Shown here piece by piece: positions 39,794-53,739 of a DNA stretch of 64,000 nt (position 1 is the first letter of the stretch; the number at the start of each line of letters is the position of its first letter). The notes below the pieces were generated by a model. The model did no database searches and was not told the DNA's origin. It saw only the letters and a program-made list of their open reading frames with translations. This DNA is from the human T2T-CHM13v2.0 reference genome, Homo sapiens. A program made the translations under genes and the position numbers. The DNA lies in assembly GCF_009914755.1 (NCBI RefSeq), contig NC_060928.1, one strand, 5' to 3'.

Positions 39794-42700
39794 CATTCTC
39801 AGAAACTTGTTTGTGATGTGTGTATTCAACTAACAGAGTTGAACTTTTGTTTTTACAGAGCCGTTTTAAAACACTCTTTTTGTGGAATCAGAAAGTGGAT
39901 ATTCGGATGGCTCTGAGGATTTCGTTGGAAGCGGGATTACATATAAAATCTAGAGAGAAGCATTCTCAGGAACTTCTTTGTGATGTTTGCATTGAAGTCA
40001 CAGAATTGAACATTCACTTTGATAGAGCAGGTTTGAAACACTCATTCTGTAGTATCTGGAAGTGGACATTTCAAGCGCTTTCAGGCCTATGGTGAGAAAG
40101 GAAATATCTTCGAATAAAAACTAGACAGAAGCATCCTCAGAAACTTATTTGTGATGTGTGTCCTCAACTAACAGAGTTGAAACTTTGTTTTGATACAGCA
40201 TTTTGGAAACACTCTTTTTGTAGAATCTGCAGGTGGATATTTGGATAGCTTAGAGGGATTCGTTGGAAAGGGGATATCTTCATATAAAATCTAGACAGAA
40301 GCATTCTCAGAAACTTATTTGTGATGTGTGTCCTCAACTAACAGAGTTGAACCTTGGTTTTGATACAGCATTTTGGAAACGCTCCTTTTGTAGAATCTGC
40401 AGGTGGATATGTGGATAGCTCTGAAGATTTCGTTGGAAACGGGAATTTCTTCATATAAAATCAAACAGAAGCATTCTCAGAAACTTCTCAGTGATGTTTG
40501 CATTCAGCTCATGGAGTTGAACACTTCCTTTCATAGAACCGGTTTGAAACACACTTTCTGCACTACCTGGAAGAGGACATTTCGAGCGCTTTGAGTCCTA
40601 TGGTGAAAAAGGAAATATCTTCTCATAAAAACCAGAAAGAAGCATTCTCAGAAACTTCTTTGTGTTGTGTGTACTCATGTAACAGTGTTGAACCATCCTT
40701 TTGACAGAGCAGTTTTGAAACACTCTTTTGGTAGAATCTGCAAGTGGATATTTGGATAGCTTTGAGGATTTCGTTGGAAACGGGATGACATATAATATCT
40801 AGAGAGAAGCATTCTCAGGAACTTCTTTGTGATGTTTGCATTCAAGTCACAGAATTGAACATTCCCTTTCATAGAGCAGGTTTGAAACACTCTTTCTCTA
40901 GTATCTGGAAGTGGGCATTTCAAGCGCTTTCAGGCCTATGGAGAGAAAGGAAATACCTTCAAATAAAAACTAGACAGAAGCATTCTCAGAAACTTATTTG
41001 TGATGTGTGTCCTCAACTAACAGAGTTGAACCTTTGTTTTGATACAGCATTTTGGAAACACTCCTTTTGTAGAATCTGCAGGTGGATATTTGGATAACTT
41101 TGAAGATTTCGTTGGAAACCGGAATATCTTCATATAAAATCAAGACAGAAGCATTCTCGGAAACATCTCTGTGATGTTTGCATTCAACTCAGTAGAGTTG
41201 AACACTTCCTTTCATAGAGCCGGTTTGAAACACTCTTTCTGCACTACCTGGAAGCGGACATTTCGAGCGCTTTGAGGCCTATGGTGAAAAAGGAAATATC
41301 TTCTCATAAAAACCAGAAAGAAGCATTCTCAGAAACTTCTTTGTGTTGTGTGTACTCAAGTAACAGTGTTGAACCTTCCTTTTGACACAGCAGTTTTGAA
41401 ACACTCTTTTGGTAGAATCTGCAAGTGGATGTTTGGATAGCTTTGAGGATTTCGTTGGAAACGGGTTATCTTCATATAAAATCCAGACAGGAGCATTCTC
41501 AGAAACTTCTTTGTGCTGCATGTCCTCAATTCACAGAGCTGAACCTTTGTTTGGATACAGCATTTTGGAAACATTCCTTTAGTAGAATCTGCAAGTTGAT
41601 ATTTAGATAGCTTTGAAGATTTCGTTGGAAACGGGAATATCTTCATAGAAAATCTAGACGGAAGCATTCTCAGAAACTGCTTTGTGATGTTTGCATTCAA
41701 GTCACAGAGTTGAATATTCCCTTTTATAGAGTAGGTTTGAAACACTCTTTTGGCACTACCTGGAAGTGGATATTTCGAGCTCTTTGAGGCCTATGGTTAA
41801 AAGGAAATATCTTCCCATAAAAACTAGACAGAAGCCGTCTCAGAAACTTGTTTGTGATGTGTGTATTCAACTAACAGAGTTGAACATTTCTGTTACAGAG
41901 CAATTTTAAAACACTCTTTTTGTGGAATCTGAAAGTGGATAATTGGATAGCTTTGTGGATTTCGTTGGAAACGGGATGACGTATAAAATCTAGAGAGAAG
42001 CATTCTCAGGAACTTCTTTGTGATGTTTGCATTCAAGTCACAGAATTGAACATTCCCTTTCATAGAGCAGGTTTGAAACACTCTTTCTCTAGTATCTGGA
42101 AGTGGGCATTTCAAGCGCTTTCAGGCCTATGGAGAGAAAGGAAATACCTTCAAATAAAAACTAGACAGAACTGCATTCTCAGAAACTTATTTGTGATGTG
42201 TGTCCTCAACTAACAGAGTTGAACCTTTGTTTTGATACAGCATTTTGGAAACACTCCTTTTGTAGGATCTGCAGGTGGATATTTGGATAGATTTTAAGAT
42301 TTCGTTGGAAACGGGAGTTTCTTCATAGAAACTCAAGACAGATGCATTCTCAGAAACATCTCTGTGATGTTTGCATTCCACTCATAGATTTGAAAACTTC
42401 CTTTCATAGAGCAGGTTTGAAACACTCTTTTTGTAATATTTGGAAGTGGACATTTGCAGCGCTTTGAGGCCTATGGTGAAAAAGGAAATATCTTCTGATA
42501 AAAACCAGAAACAAGCATTCTCAGAAACTTCTTTTTGATGTGTGTACTCAAGTAACAGAGTTGAACCTTCCTTTTGACACAGCAGTTTTGAAACAATCTT
42601 TTTGTAGAATCTGCAAGTGGATATTTGGATAGCTTTGAGGATTTCGTTGGAAACGGGATATCTTCATATAAAATCTAGACAGAAGCTTTCTCAGAAACTT

Positions 42701-45700
42701 CTTTGTGCTGTATGTCCTCAATTAACAGAGTTGAACCATTGCTTGGATACAGCATTTTGGAAACATTCCTTGAGTAGAATCTGCAAGTTGATATTTAGAT
42801 AGATTTGAAGATTTCGTTGGAAAAGGGAATATCTCCATAGAAAATCTAGAGGGAAGCATTCTCAGAAACTGCTTTGTGATGTTTCCATTCAAGTCACAGA
42901 GTTGAATATTCCCTTTTATAGAGCACGTTTGAAACACTCTTTCTGCACTATCTGGAAGTGGACATTTCGAGCGCTTTGAGGCCTATGGTGAAAAAGGAAA
43001 TATCTTCCCATAAAAACTAGACAGAAGCATTCTCAGAAACTTGTTTGTGATGTGTGTATTCAACTAACAGAGTTGAACTTTTGTTTTTACAGAGCCGTTT
43101 TAAAACACTCTTTTTGTGGAATCAGAAAGTGGATATTCGGATGGCTCTGAGGATTTCGTTGGAAGCGGGATTACATATAAAATCTAGAGAGAAGCATTCT
43201 CAGGAACTTCTTTGTGATGTTTGCATTGAAGTCACAGAATTGAACATTCACTTTGATAGAGCAGGTTTGAAACACTCATTCTGTAGTATCTGGAAGTGGA
43301 CATTTCAAGCGCTTTCAGGCCTATGGTGAGAAAGGAAATATCTTCGAATAAAAACTAGACAGAAGCATCCTCAGAAACTTATTTGTGATGTGTGTCCTCA
43401 ACTAACAGAGTTGAAACTTTGTTTTGATACAGCATTTTGGAAACACTCTTTTTGTAGAATCTGCAGGTGGATATTTGGATAGCTTAGAGGGATTCGTTGG
43501 AAAGGGGATATCTTCATATAAAATCTAGACAGAAGCATTCTCAGAAACTTATTTGTGATGTGTGTCCTCAACTAACAGAGTTGAAACTTGGTTTTGATAC
43601 AGCATTTTGGAAACACTCCTTTTGTAGAATCTGCAGGTGGATATGTGGATAGCTCTGAAGATTTCGTTGGAAACGGGAATTTCTTCATATAAAATCAAAC
43701 AGAAGCATTCTCAGAAACTTCTCAGTGATGTTTGCATTCAGCTCATGGAGTTGAACACTTCCTTTCATAGAGCCGGTTTGAAACACTCTTTCTGCACTAC
43801 CTGGAAGAGGACATTTCGAGCGCTTTGAGTCCTATGGTGAAAAAGGAAATATCTTCTCATAAAAACCAGAAAGAAGCATTCTCAGAAACTTCTTTTTGTT
43901 GTGTGTACTCATGTAACAGTGTTGAACCATCCTTTTGACAGAGCAGTTTTGAAACACTCTTTTTGTAGAATCTGCAAGTGGATATTTGGATAGCTTTGAG
44001 GATTTCGTTGGAAACGGGATGACATATAATATCTAGAGAGAAGCATACTCAGGAACTTCTTTGTGATGTTTGCATTCAAGTCACAGAATTGAACATTCCC
44101 TTTCATAGAGCAGGTTTGAAACACTCTTTCTCTAGTATCTGGAAGTGGGCATTTCAAGCGCTTTCAGGCCTATGGAGAGAAAGGAAATACCTTCAAATAA
44201 AAACTAGACAGAAGCATTCTCAGAAACTTATTTGTGATGTGTGTCCTCAACTAACAGAGTTGAACCTTTGTTTTGATACAGCATTTTGGAAACACTCCTT
44301 TTGTAGAATCTGCAGGTGGATATTTGGATAACTTTGAAGATTTCGTTGGAAACCGGAATATCTTCATATAAAATCAAGACAGAAGCATTCTCGGAAACAT
44401 CTCTGTGATGTTTGCATTCAACTCAGTAGAGTTGAACACTTCCTTTCATAGAGCAGGTTTGAAACACTCTTTCTGCACTACCTGGAAGCGGACATTTCGA
44501 GCGCTTTGAGGCCTATGGTGAAAAAGGAAATATCTTCTCATAAAAACCAGAAAGAAGCATTCTCAGAAACTTCTTTGTGTTGTGTGTACTCAAGTAACAG
44601 TGTTGAACCTTCCTTTTGACACAGCAGTTTTGAAACACTCTTTTGGTAGAATCTGCAAGTGGATATTTGGATAGCTTTGAGGATTTCGTTGGAAACGGGT
44701 TATCTTCATATAAAATCCAGACAGGAGCATTCTCAGAAACTTCTTTGTGCTGCATGTCCTCAATTCACAGAGCTGAACCTTTGTTTGGATTCAGCATTTT
44801 GGAAACATTCCTTTAGTAGAATCTGCAAGTTGATATTTAGATAGCTTTGAAGATTTCGTTGGAAACGGGAATATCTTCATAGAAAATCTAGACGGAAGCA
44901 TTCTCAGAAACTGCTTTGTGATGTTTGCATTCAAGTCACAGAGTTGAATATTCCCTTTTATAGAGTAGGTTTGAAACACTCTTTCGGCACTACCTGGAAG
45001 TGGATATTTCGAGCTCTTTGAGGCCTATGGTTAAAAGGAAATATCTTCCCATAAAAACTAGACAGAAGCCGTCTCAGAAACTTGTTTGTGATGTGTGTAT
45101 ACAACTACCAGAGTTGAACATTTCTGTTACAGAGCAATTTTAAAACACTCTTTTTGTGGAATCTGAAAGTGGATAATTGGATAGCTTTGTGGATTTCGTT
45201 GGAAACGGGATGACGTATAAAATCTAGAGAGAAGCATTCTCAGGAACTTCTTTCTGATGTTTGCATTCAAGTCACAGAATTGAACATTCCTTTTCATAGT
45301 GCAGGTTTGAAACACTCTTTCTGTAGTATCTGGAAGTGGACATTTCAAGCGCTTTCAGGCCTACGGGGAGAAAGGAAATATCTTCAAATAAAAACTAGAC
45401 AGAAGGATTCTCAGAAACTTATTTGTGATGTGTGTCCTAAACGAACACAGTTGAACCTTTGTTTTGATACAGCATTTTGGAAACACTCCTTTTGTAGGAT
45501 CTGCAGGTGGATATTTGGATAGATTTTAAGATTTCGTTGGAAACGGGAGTTTCTTCATAGAAACTCAAGACAGATGCATTCTCAGAAACATCTCTGTGAT
45601 GTTTGCATTCCACTCATAGAGTTGAAAACTTCCTTTCATAGAGCAGGTTTGAAACACTCTTTTTGTAATATTTGGAAGTGGGCATTTGCAGCGCTTTGAG

Positions 45701-48700
45701 GCCTATGGTGAAAAAGGAAATATCTTCTCATAAAAACCAGAAACAAGCATTCTCAGAAACTTCTTTTTGATGTGTGTACTCAAGTAACAGAGTTGAACCT
45801 TCCTTTTGACACAGCAGTTTTGAAACAATCTTTTTGTAGAATCTGCAAGTGGATATTTGGATAGCTTTGAGGATTTCGTTGGAAACGGGATATCTTCATA
45901 TAAAATCTAGACAGAAGCATTCTCAGAAACTTCTTTGTGCTGTATGTCCTCAATTAACAGAGTTGAACCATTGCTTGGATACAGCATTTTGGAAACATTC
46001 CTTGAGTAGAATCTGCAAGTTGATATTTAGATAGATTTGAAGATTTCGTTGGAAAAGGGAATATCTCCATATAAAATCTAGAGGGAAGCATTCTCAGAAA
46101 CTGCTTTGTGATGTTTCCATTCAAGTCACAGAGTTGAATATTCCCTTTTATAGAGCACGTTTGAAACACTCTTTCTGCACTATCTGGAAGTGGACATTTC
46201 GAGCGCTTTGAGGCCTATGGTGAAAAAGGAAATATCTTCCCATAAAAACTAGACAGAAGCATTCTCAGAAACTTGTTTGTGATGTGTGTATTCAACTAAC
46301 AGAGTTGAACTTTTGTTTTTACAGAGCCGTTTTAAAACACTCTTTTTGTGGAATCAGAAAGTGGATATTCGGATGGCTCTGAGGATTTCGTTGGAAGCGG
46401 GATTACATATAAAATCTAGAGAGAAGCATTCTCAGGAACTTCTTTGTGATGTTTGCATTGAAGTCACAGAATTGAACATTCACTTTGACAGAGCAGGTTT
46501 GAAACACTCATTCTGTAGTATCTGGAAGTGGACATTTCAAGCGCTTTCAGGCCTATGGTGAGAAAGGAAATATCTTCGAATAAAAACTAGACAGAAGCAT
46601 CCTCAGAAACTTATTTGTGATGTGTGTCCTCAACTAACAGAGTTGAAACTTTGTTTTGATACAGCATTTTGGAAACACTCTTTTTGTAGAATCTGCAGGT
46701 GGATATTTGGATAGCTTAGAGGGATTCGTTGGAAAGGGGATATCTTCATATAAAATCTAGACAGAAGCATTCTCAGAAACTTATTTGTGATGTGTGTCCT
46801 CAACTAACAGAGTTGAACCTTGGTTTTGATACAGCATTTTGGAAACACTCCTTTTGTAGAATCTGCAGGTGGATATGTGGATAGCTCTGAAGATTTCGTT
46901 GGAAACGGGAATTTCTTCATATAAAATCAAACAGAAGCATTCTCAGAAACTTCTCAGTGATGTTTGCATTCAGCTCATGGAGTTGAACACTTCCTTTCAT
47001 AGAGCCGGTTTGAAACACTCTTTCTGCACTACCTGGAAGAGGCCATTTCGAGCGCTTTGAGTCCTATGGTGAAAAAGGAAATATCTTCTCATAAAAACCA
47101 GAAAGAAGCATTCTCAGAAACTTCTTTGTGTTGTGTGTACTCATGTAACAGTGTTGAACCATCCTTTTGACAGAGCAGTTTTGAAACACTCTTTTTGTAG
47201 AATCTGCAAGTGGATATTTGGATAGCTTTGAGGATTTCGTTGGAAACGGGATGACATATAATTTCTAGAGAGAAGCATTCTCAGGAACTTCTTTGTGCTG
47301 TTTGCATTCAAGTCACAGAATTGAACATTCCCTTTCATAGAGCAGGTTTGAAACACTCTTTCTCTAGTATCTGGAAGTGGGCATTTCAAGCGCTTTCAGG
47401 CCTATGGAGAGAAAGGAAATACCTTCAAATAAAAACTAGACAGAAGCATTCTCAGAAACTTATTTGTGATGTGTGTCCTCAACTAACAGAGTTGAACCTT
47501 TGTTTTGATACAGCATTTTGGAAACACTCCTTTTGTAGAATCTGCAGGTGGATATTTGGATAGCTTTGAAGATTTCGTTGGAAACCGGAATATCTTGATA
47601 TAAAATCAAGACAGAAGCATTCTCGGAAAAATCTCTGTGATGTTTGCATTCAACTCAGTAGAGTTGAACACTTCCTTTCATAGAGCCGGTTTGAAACACT
47701 CTTTCTGCACTACCTGGAAGCGGACATTTCGAGCGCTTTGAGGCCTATGGTGAAAAAGGAAATATCTTCTCATAAAAACCAGAAAGAAGCATTCTCAGAA
47801 ACTTCTTTGTGTTGTGTGTACTCAAGTAACAGTGTTGAACCTTCCTTTTGACACAGCAGTTTTGAAACACTCTTTTGGTAGAATCTGCAAGTGGATATTT
47901 GGATAGCTTTGAGGATTTCGTTGGAAACGGGTTATCTTCATATAAAATCCAGACAGGAGCATTCTCAGAAACTTCTTTGTGCTGCATGTCCTCAATTCAC
48001 AGAGCTGAACCTTTGTTTGGATACAGCATTTTGGAAACATTCCTTTAGTAGAATCTGCAAGTTGATATTTAGATAGCTTTGAAGATTTCGTTGGAAACGG
48101 GAATATCTTCATAGAAAATCTAGACGGAAGCATTCTCAGAAACTGCTTTGTGATGTTTGCATTCAAGTCACAGAGTTGAATATTCCCTTTTATAGAGTAG
48201 GTTTGAAACACTCTTTCGGCACTACCTGGAAGTGGATATTTCGAGCTCTTTGAGGCCTATGGTTAAAAGGAAATATCTTCCCATAAAAACTAGACAGAAG
48301 CCGTCTCAGAAACTTGTTTGTGATGTGTGTATTCAACTAACAGAGTTGAACATTTCTATTACAGAGCAATTTTAAAACACTCTTTTTGTGGAATCTGAAA
48401 GTGGATAATTGGATAGCTTTGTGGATTTCGTTGGAAACGGGATGACGTATAAAATCTAGAGAGAAGCATTCTCAGGAACTTCTTTGTGATGTTTGCATTC
48501 AAGTCACAGAATTGAACATTCCTTTTCATAGTGCAGGTTTGAAACACTCTTTCTGTAGTATCTGGAAGTGGACATTTCAAGCGCTTTCAGGCCTACGGGG
48601 AGAAAGGAAATATCTTCAAATAAAAACTAGACAGAAGGATTCTCAGAAACTTATTTGTGATGTGTGTCCTAAACGAACACAGTTGAACCTTTGTTTTGAT

Positions 48701-49491
48701 ACAGCATTTTGGAAACACTCCTTTTGTAGGATCTGCAGGTGGATATTTGGATAGATTTTAAGATTTCGTTGGAAACGGGAGTTTCTTCATAGAAACTCAA
48801 GACAGATGCATTCTCAGAAACATCTCTGTGATGTTTGCATTCCACTCATAGAGTTGAAAACTTCCTTTCATAGAGCAGGTTTGAAACACTCTTTTTGTAA
48901 TATTTGGAAGTGGACATTTGCAGCGCTTTGAGGCCTATGGTGAAAAAGGAAATATCTTCTCATAAAAACCAGAAACAAGCATTCTCAGAAACTTCTTTTT
49001 GATGTGTGTACTCAAGTAACAGAGTTGAACCTTCCTTTTGACACAGCAGTTTTGAAACAATCTTTTTGTAGAATCTGCAAGTGGATATTTGGATAGCTTT
49101 GAGGATTTCGTTGGAAACGGGATATCTTCATATAAAATCTAGACAGAAGCATTCTCAGAAACTTCTTTGTGCTGTATGTCCTCAATTAACAGAGTTGAAC
49201 CATTGCTTGGATACAGCATTTTGGAAACATTCCTTTAGTAGAATCTGCAAGTTGATATTTAGATAGACTTGAAGATTTCGTTGGAAAAGGGAATATCTCC
49301 ATATAAAATCTAGACGGAAGCATTCTCAGAAACTGCTTTGTGATGTTTCCATTCAAGTCACAGAGTTGAATATTCCCTTTTATAGAGCACGTTTGAAACA
49401 CTCTTTCTGCACTATCTGGAAGTGGACATTTCGAGCGCTTTGAGGCCTATGGTGAAAAAGGAAATATCTTCCCATAAAAATTAGACAGAAG
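39794..49491 (+). repeat. Three 19-mer HORs (starts 39794 [3234 bp], 43028, 46260)
   Basis: m1 anchor spacings 3234, 3232, 3232; 2-bp insertion at 42171-42172. Confidence 0.95.
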
Positions 49492-50508
49492 CATTCTCAG
49501 AAACTTGTTTGTGATGTGTGTATTCAACTAACAGAGTTGAACTTTTGTTTTTACAGAGCCGTTTTAAAACACTCTTTTTGTGGAATCAGAAAGTGGATAT
49601 TCGGATGGCTCTGAGGATTTCGTTGGAAGCGGGATTACATATAAAATCTAGAGAGAAGCATTCTCAGGAACTTCTTTGTGATGTTTGCATTGAAGTCACA
49701 GAATTGAACATTCACTTTGATAGAGCAGGTTTGAAACACTCATTCTGTAGTATCTGGAAGTGGACATTTCAAGCGCTTTCAGGCCTATGGTGAAAAAGGA
49801 AATATCTTCGAATAAAAACTAGACAGAAGCATCCTCAGAAACTTATTTGTGATGTGTGTCCTCAACTAACAGAGTTGAAACTTTGTTTTGATACAGCATT
49901 TTGGAAACACTCCTTTTGTAGAATCTGCAGGTGGATATGTGGATAGCTCTGAAGATTTCGTTGGAAACGGGAATTTCTTCATATAAAATCAAACAGAAGC
50001 ATTCTCAGAAACTTCTCAGTGATGTTTGCATTCAGCTCATGGAGTTGAACACTTCCTTTCATAGAGCCGGTTTGAAACACTCTTTCTGCACTACCTGGAA
50101 GAGGCCATTTCGAGCGCTTTGAGTCCTATGGTGAAAAAGGAAATATCTTCTCATAAAAACCAGAAAGAAGCATTCTCAGAAACTTCTTTGTGTTGTGTGT
50201 ACTCATGTAACAGTGTTGAACCATCCTTTTGACAGAGCAGTTTTGAAACACTCTTTTTGTAGAATCTGCAAGTGGATATTTGGATAGCTTTGAGGATTTC
50301 GTTGGAAACGGGATGACATATAATATCTAGAGAGAAGCATTCTCAGGAACTTCTTTGTGCTGTTTGCATTCAAGTCACAGAATTGAACATTCCCTTTCAT
50401 AGAGCAGATTTGAAACACTCTTTCTCTAGTATCTGGAAGTGGGCATTTCAAGCGCTTTCAGGCCTATTGAGAGAAAGGAAATACCTTCAAATAAAAACTA
50501 GACAGAAG
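49492..50508 (+). repeat. 6-mer HOR structural variant, 1017 bp
   Basis: m1 anchors at 49492 and 50509; m3/m4 hybrid; m7-to-m1 junction. Confidence 0.95.
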
Positions 50509-53500
50509 CATTCTCAGAAACTTGTTTGTGATGTGTGTATTCAACTAACAGAGTTGAACTTTTGTTTTTACAGAGCCGTTTTAAAACACTCTTTTTGTGG
50601 AATCAGAAAGTGGATATTCGGATGGCTCTGAGGATTTCGTTGGAAGCGGGATTACATATAAAATCTAGAGAGAAGCATTCTCAGGAACTTCTTTGTGATG
50701 TTTGCATTGAAGTCACAGAATTGAACATTCACTTTGATAGAGCAGGTTTGAAACACTCATTCTGTAGTATCTGGAAGTGGACATTTCAAGCGCTTTCAGG
50801 CCTATGGTGAGAAAGGAAATATCTTCGAATAAAAACTAGACAGAAGCATCCTCAGAAACTTATTTGTGATGTGTGTCCTCAACTAACAGAGTTGAAACTT
50901 TGTTTTGATACAGCATTTTGGAAACACTCTTTTTGTAGAATCTGCAGGTGGATATTTGGATAGCTTAGAGGGATTCGTTGGAAAGGGGATATCTTCATAT
51001 AAAATCTAGACAGAAGCATTCTCAGAAACTTATTTGTGATGTGTGTCCTCAACTAACAGAGTTGAACCTTGGTTTTGATACAGCATTTTGGAAACACTCC
51101 TTTTGTAGAATCTGCAGGTGGATATGTGGATAGCTCTGAAGATTTCTTTGGAAACGGGAATTTCTTCATATAAAATCAAACAGAAGCATTCTCAGAAACT
51201 TCTCAGTGATGTTTGCATTCAGCTCATGGAGTTGAACACTTCCTTTCATAGAGCCGGTTTGAAACACTCTTTCTGCACTACCTGGAAGAGGACATTTCGA
51301 GCGCTTTGAGTCCTATGGTGAAAAAGGAAATATCTTCTCATAAAAACCAGAAAGAAGCATTCTCAGAAACTTCTTTGTGTTGTGTGTACTCATGTAATGT
51401 GTTGAACCATCCTTTTGACAGAGCAGTTTTGAAACACTCTTTTTGTAGAATCTGCAAGTGGATATTTGGATAGCTTTGAGGATTTCGTTGGAAACGGGAT
51501 GACATATAATATCTAGAGAGAAGCATACTCAGGAACTTCTTTGTGATGTTTGCATTCAAGTCACAGAATTGAACATTCCCTTTCATAGAGCAGGTTTGAA
51601 ACACTCTTTCTCTAGTATCTGGAAGTGGGCATTTCAAGCGCTTTCAGGCCTATGGAGAGAAAGGAAATACCTTCAAATAAAAACTAGACAGAAGCATTCT
51701 CAGAAACTTATTTGTGATGTGTGTCCTCAACTAACAGAGTTGAACCTTTGTTTTGATACAGCATTTTGGAAACACTCCTTTTGTAGAATCTGCAGGTGGA
51801 TATTTGGATAACTTTGAAGATTTCGTTGGAAACCGGAATATCTTCATATAAAATCAAGACAGAAGCATTCTCGGAAACATCTCTGTGATGTTTGCATTCA
51901 ACTCAGTAGAGTTGAACACTTCCTTTCATAGAGCAGGTTTGAAACACTCTTTCTGCACTACCTGGAAGCGGACATTTCGAGCGCTTTGAGGCCTATGGTG
52001 AAAAAGGAAATATCTTCTCATAAAAACCAGAAAGAAGCATTCTCAGAAACTTCTTTGTGTTGTGTGTACTCAAGTAACAGTGTTGAACCTTCCTGTTGAC
52101 ACAGCAGTTTTGAAACACTCTTTTGGTAGAATCTGCAAGTGGATATTTGGATAGCTTTGAGGATTTCGTTGGAAACGGGTTATCTTCATATAAAATCCAG
52201 ACAGGAGCATTCTCAGAAACTTCTTTGTGCTGCATGTCCTCAATTCACAGAGCTGAACCTTTGTTTGGATACAGCATTTTGGAAACATTCCTTTAGTAGA
52301 ATCTGCAAGTTGATATTTAGATAGCTTTGAAGATTTCGTTGGAAACGGGAATATCTTCATAGAAAATCTAGACGGAAGCATTCTCAGAAACTGCTTTGTG
52401 ATGTTTGCATTCAAGTCACAGAGTTGAATATTCCCTTTTATAGAGTAGGTTTGAAACACTCTTTCGGCACTACCTGGAAGTGGATATTTCGAGCTCTTTG
52501 AGGCCTATGGTTAAAAGGAAATATCTTCCCATAAAAACTAGACAGAAGCCGTCTCAGAAACTTGTTTGTGATGTGTGTATTCAACTACCAGAGTTGAACA
52601 TTTCTGTTACAGAGCAATTTTAAAACACTCTTTTTGTGGAATCTGAAAGTGGATAATTGGATAGCTTTGTGGATTTCGTTGGAAACGGGATGACGTATAA
52701 AATCTAGAGAGAAGCATTCTCAGGAACTTCTTTGTGATGTTTGCATTCAAGTCACAGAATTGAACATTCCTTTTCATAGTGCAGGTTTGAAACACTCTTT
52801 CTGTAGTATCTGGAAGTGGACATTTCAAGCGCTTTCAGGCCTACGGGGAGAAAGGAAATATCTTCAAATAAAAACTAGACAGAAGGATTCTCAGAAACTT
52901 ATTTGTGATGTGTGTCCTAAACGAACACAGTTGAACCTTTGTTTTGATACAGCATTTTGGAAACACTCCTTTTGTAGGATCTGCAGGTGGATATTTGGAT
53001 AGATTTTAAGATTTCGTTGGAAACGGGAGTTTCTTCATAGAAACTCAAGACAGATGCATTCTCAGAAACATCTCTGTGATGTTTGCATTCCACTCATAGA
53101 TTTGAAAACTTCCTTTCATAGAGCAGGTTTGAAACACTCTTTTTGTAATATTTGGAAGTGGACATTTGCAGCGCTTTGAGGCCTATGGTGAAAAAGGAAA
53201 TATCTTCTCATAAAAACCAGAAACAAGCATTCTCAGAAACTTCTTTTTGATGTGTGTACTCAAGTAACAGAGTTGAACCTTCCTTTTGACACAGCAGTTT
53301 TGAAACAATCTTTTTGTAGAATCTGCAAGTGGATATTTGGATAGCTTTGAGGATTTCGTTGGAAACGGGATATCTTCATATAAAATCTAGACAGAAGCAT
53401 TCTCAGAAACTTCTTTGTGCTGTATGTCCTCAATTAACAGAGTTGAACCATTGCTTGGATACAGCATTTTGGAAACATTCCTTGAGTAGAATCTGCAAGT

Positions 53501-53739
53501 TGATATTTAGATAGATTTGAAGATTTCGTTGGAAAAGGGAATATCTCCATATAAAATCTAGAGGGAAGCATTCTCAGAAACTGCTTTGTGATGTTTCCAT
53601 TCAAGTCACAGAGTTGAATATTCCCTTTTATAGAGCACGTTTGAAACACTCTTTCTGCACTATCTGGAAGTGGACATTTCGAGCGCTTTGAGGCCTATGG
53701 TGAAAAAGGAAATATCTTCCCATAAAAACTAGACAGAAG
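50509..53739 (+). repeat. 19-mer HOR, 3231 bp
   Basis: Net 1-bp deletion in m6 near 51398 (GTAATGTG versus GTAACAGTG). Confidence 0.94.
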
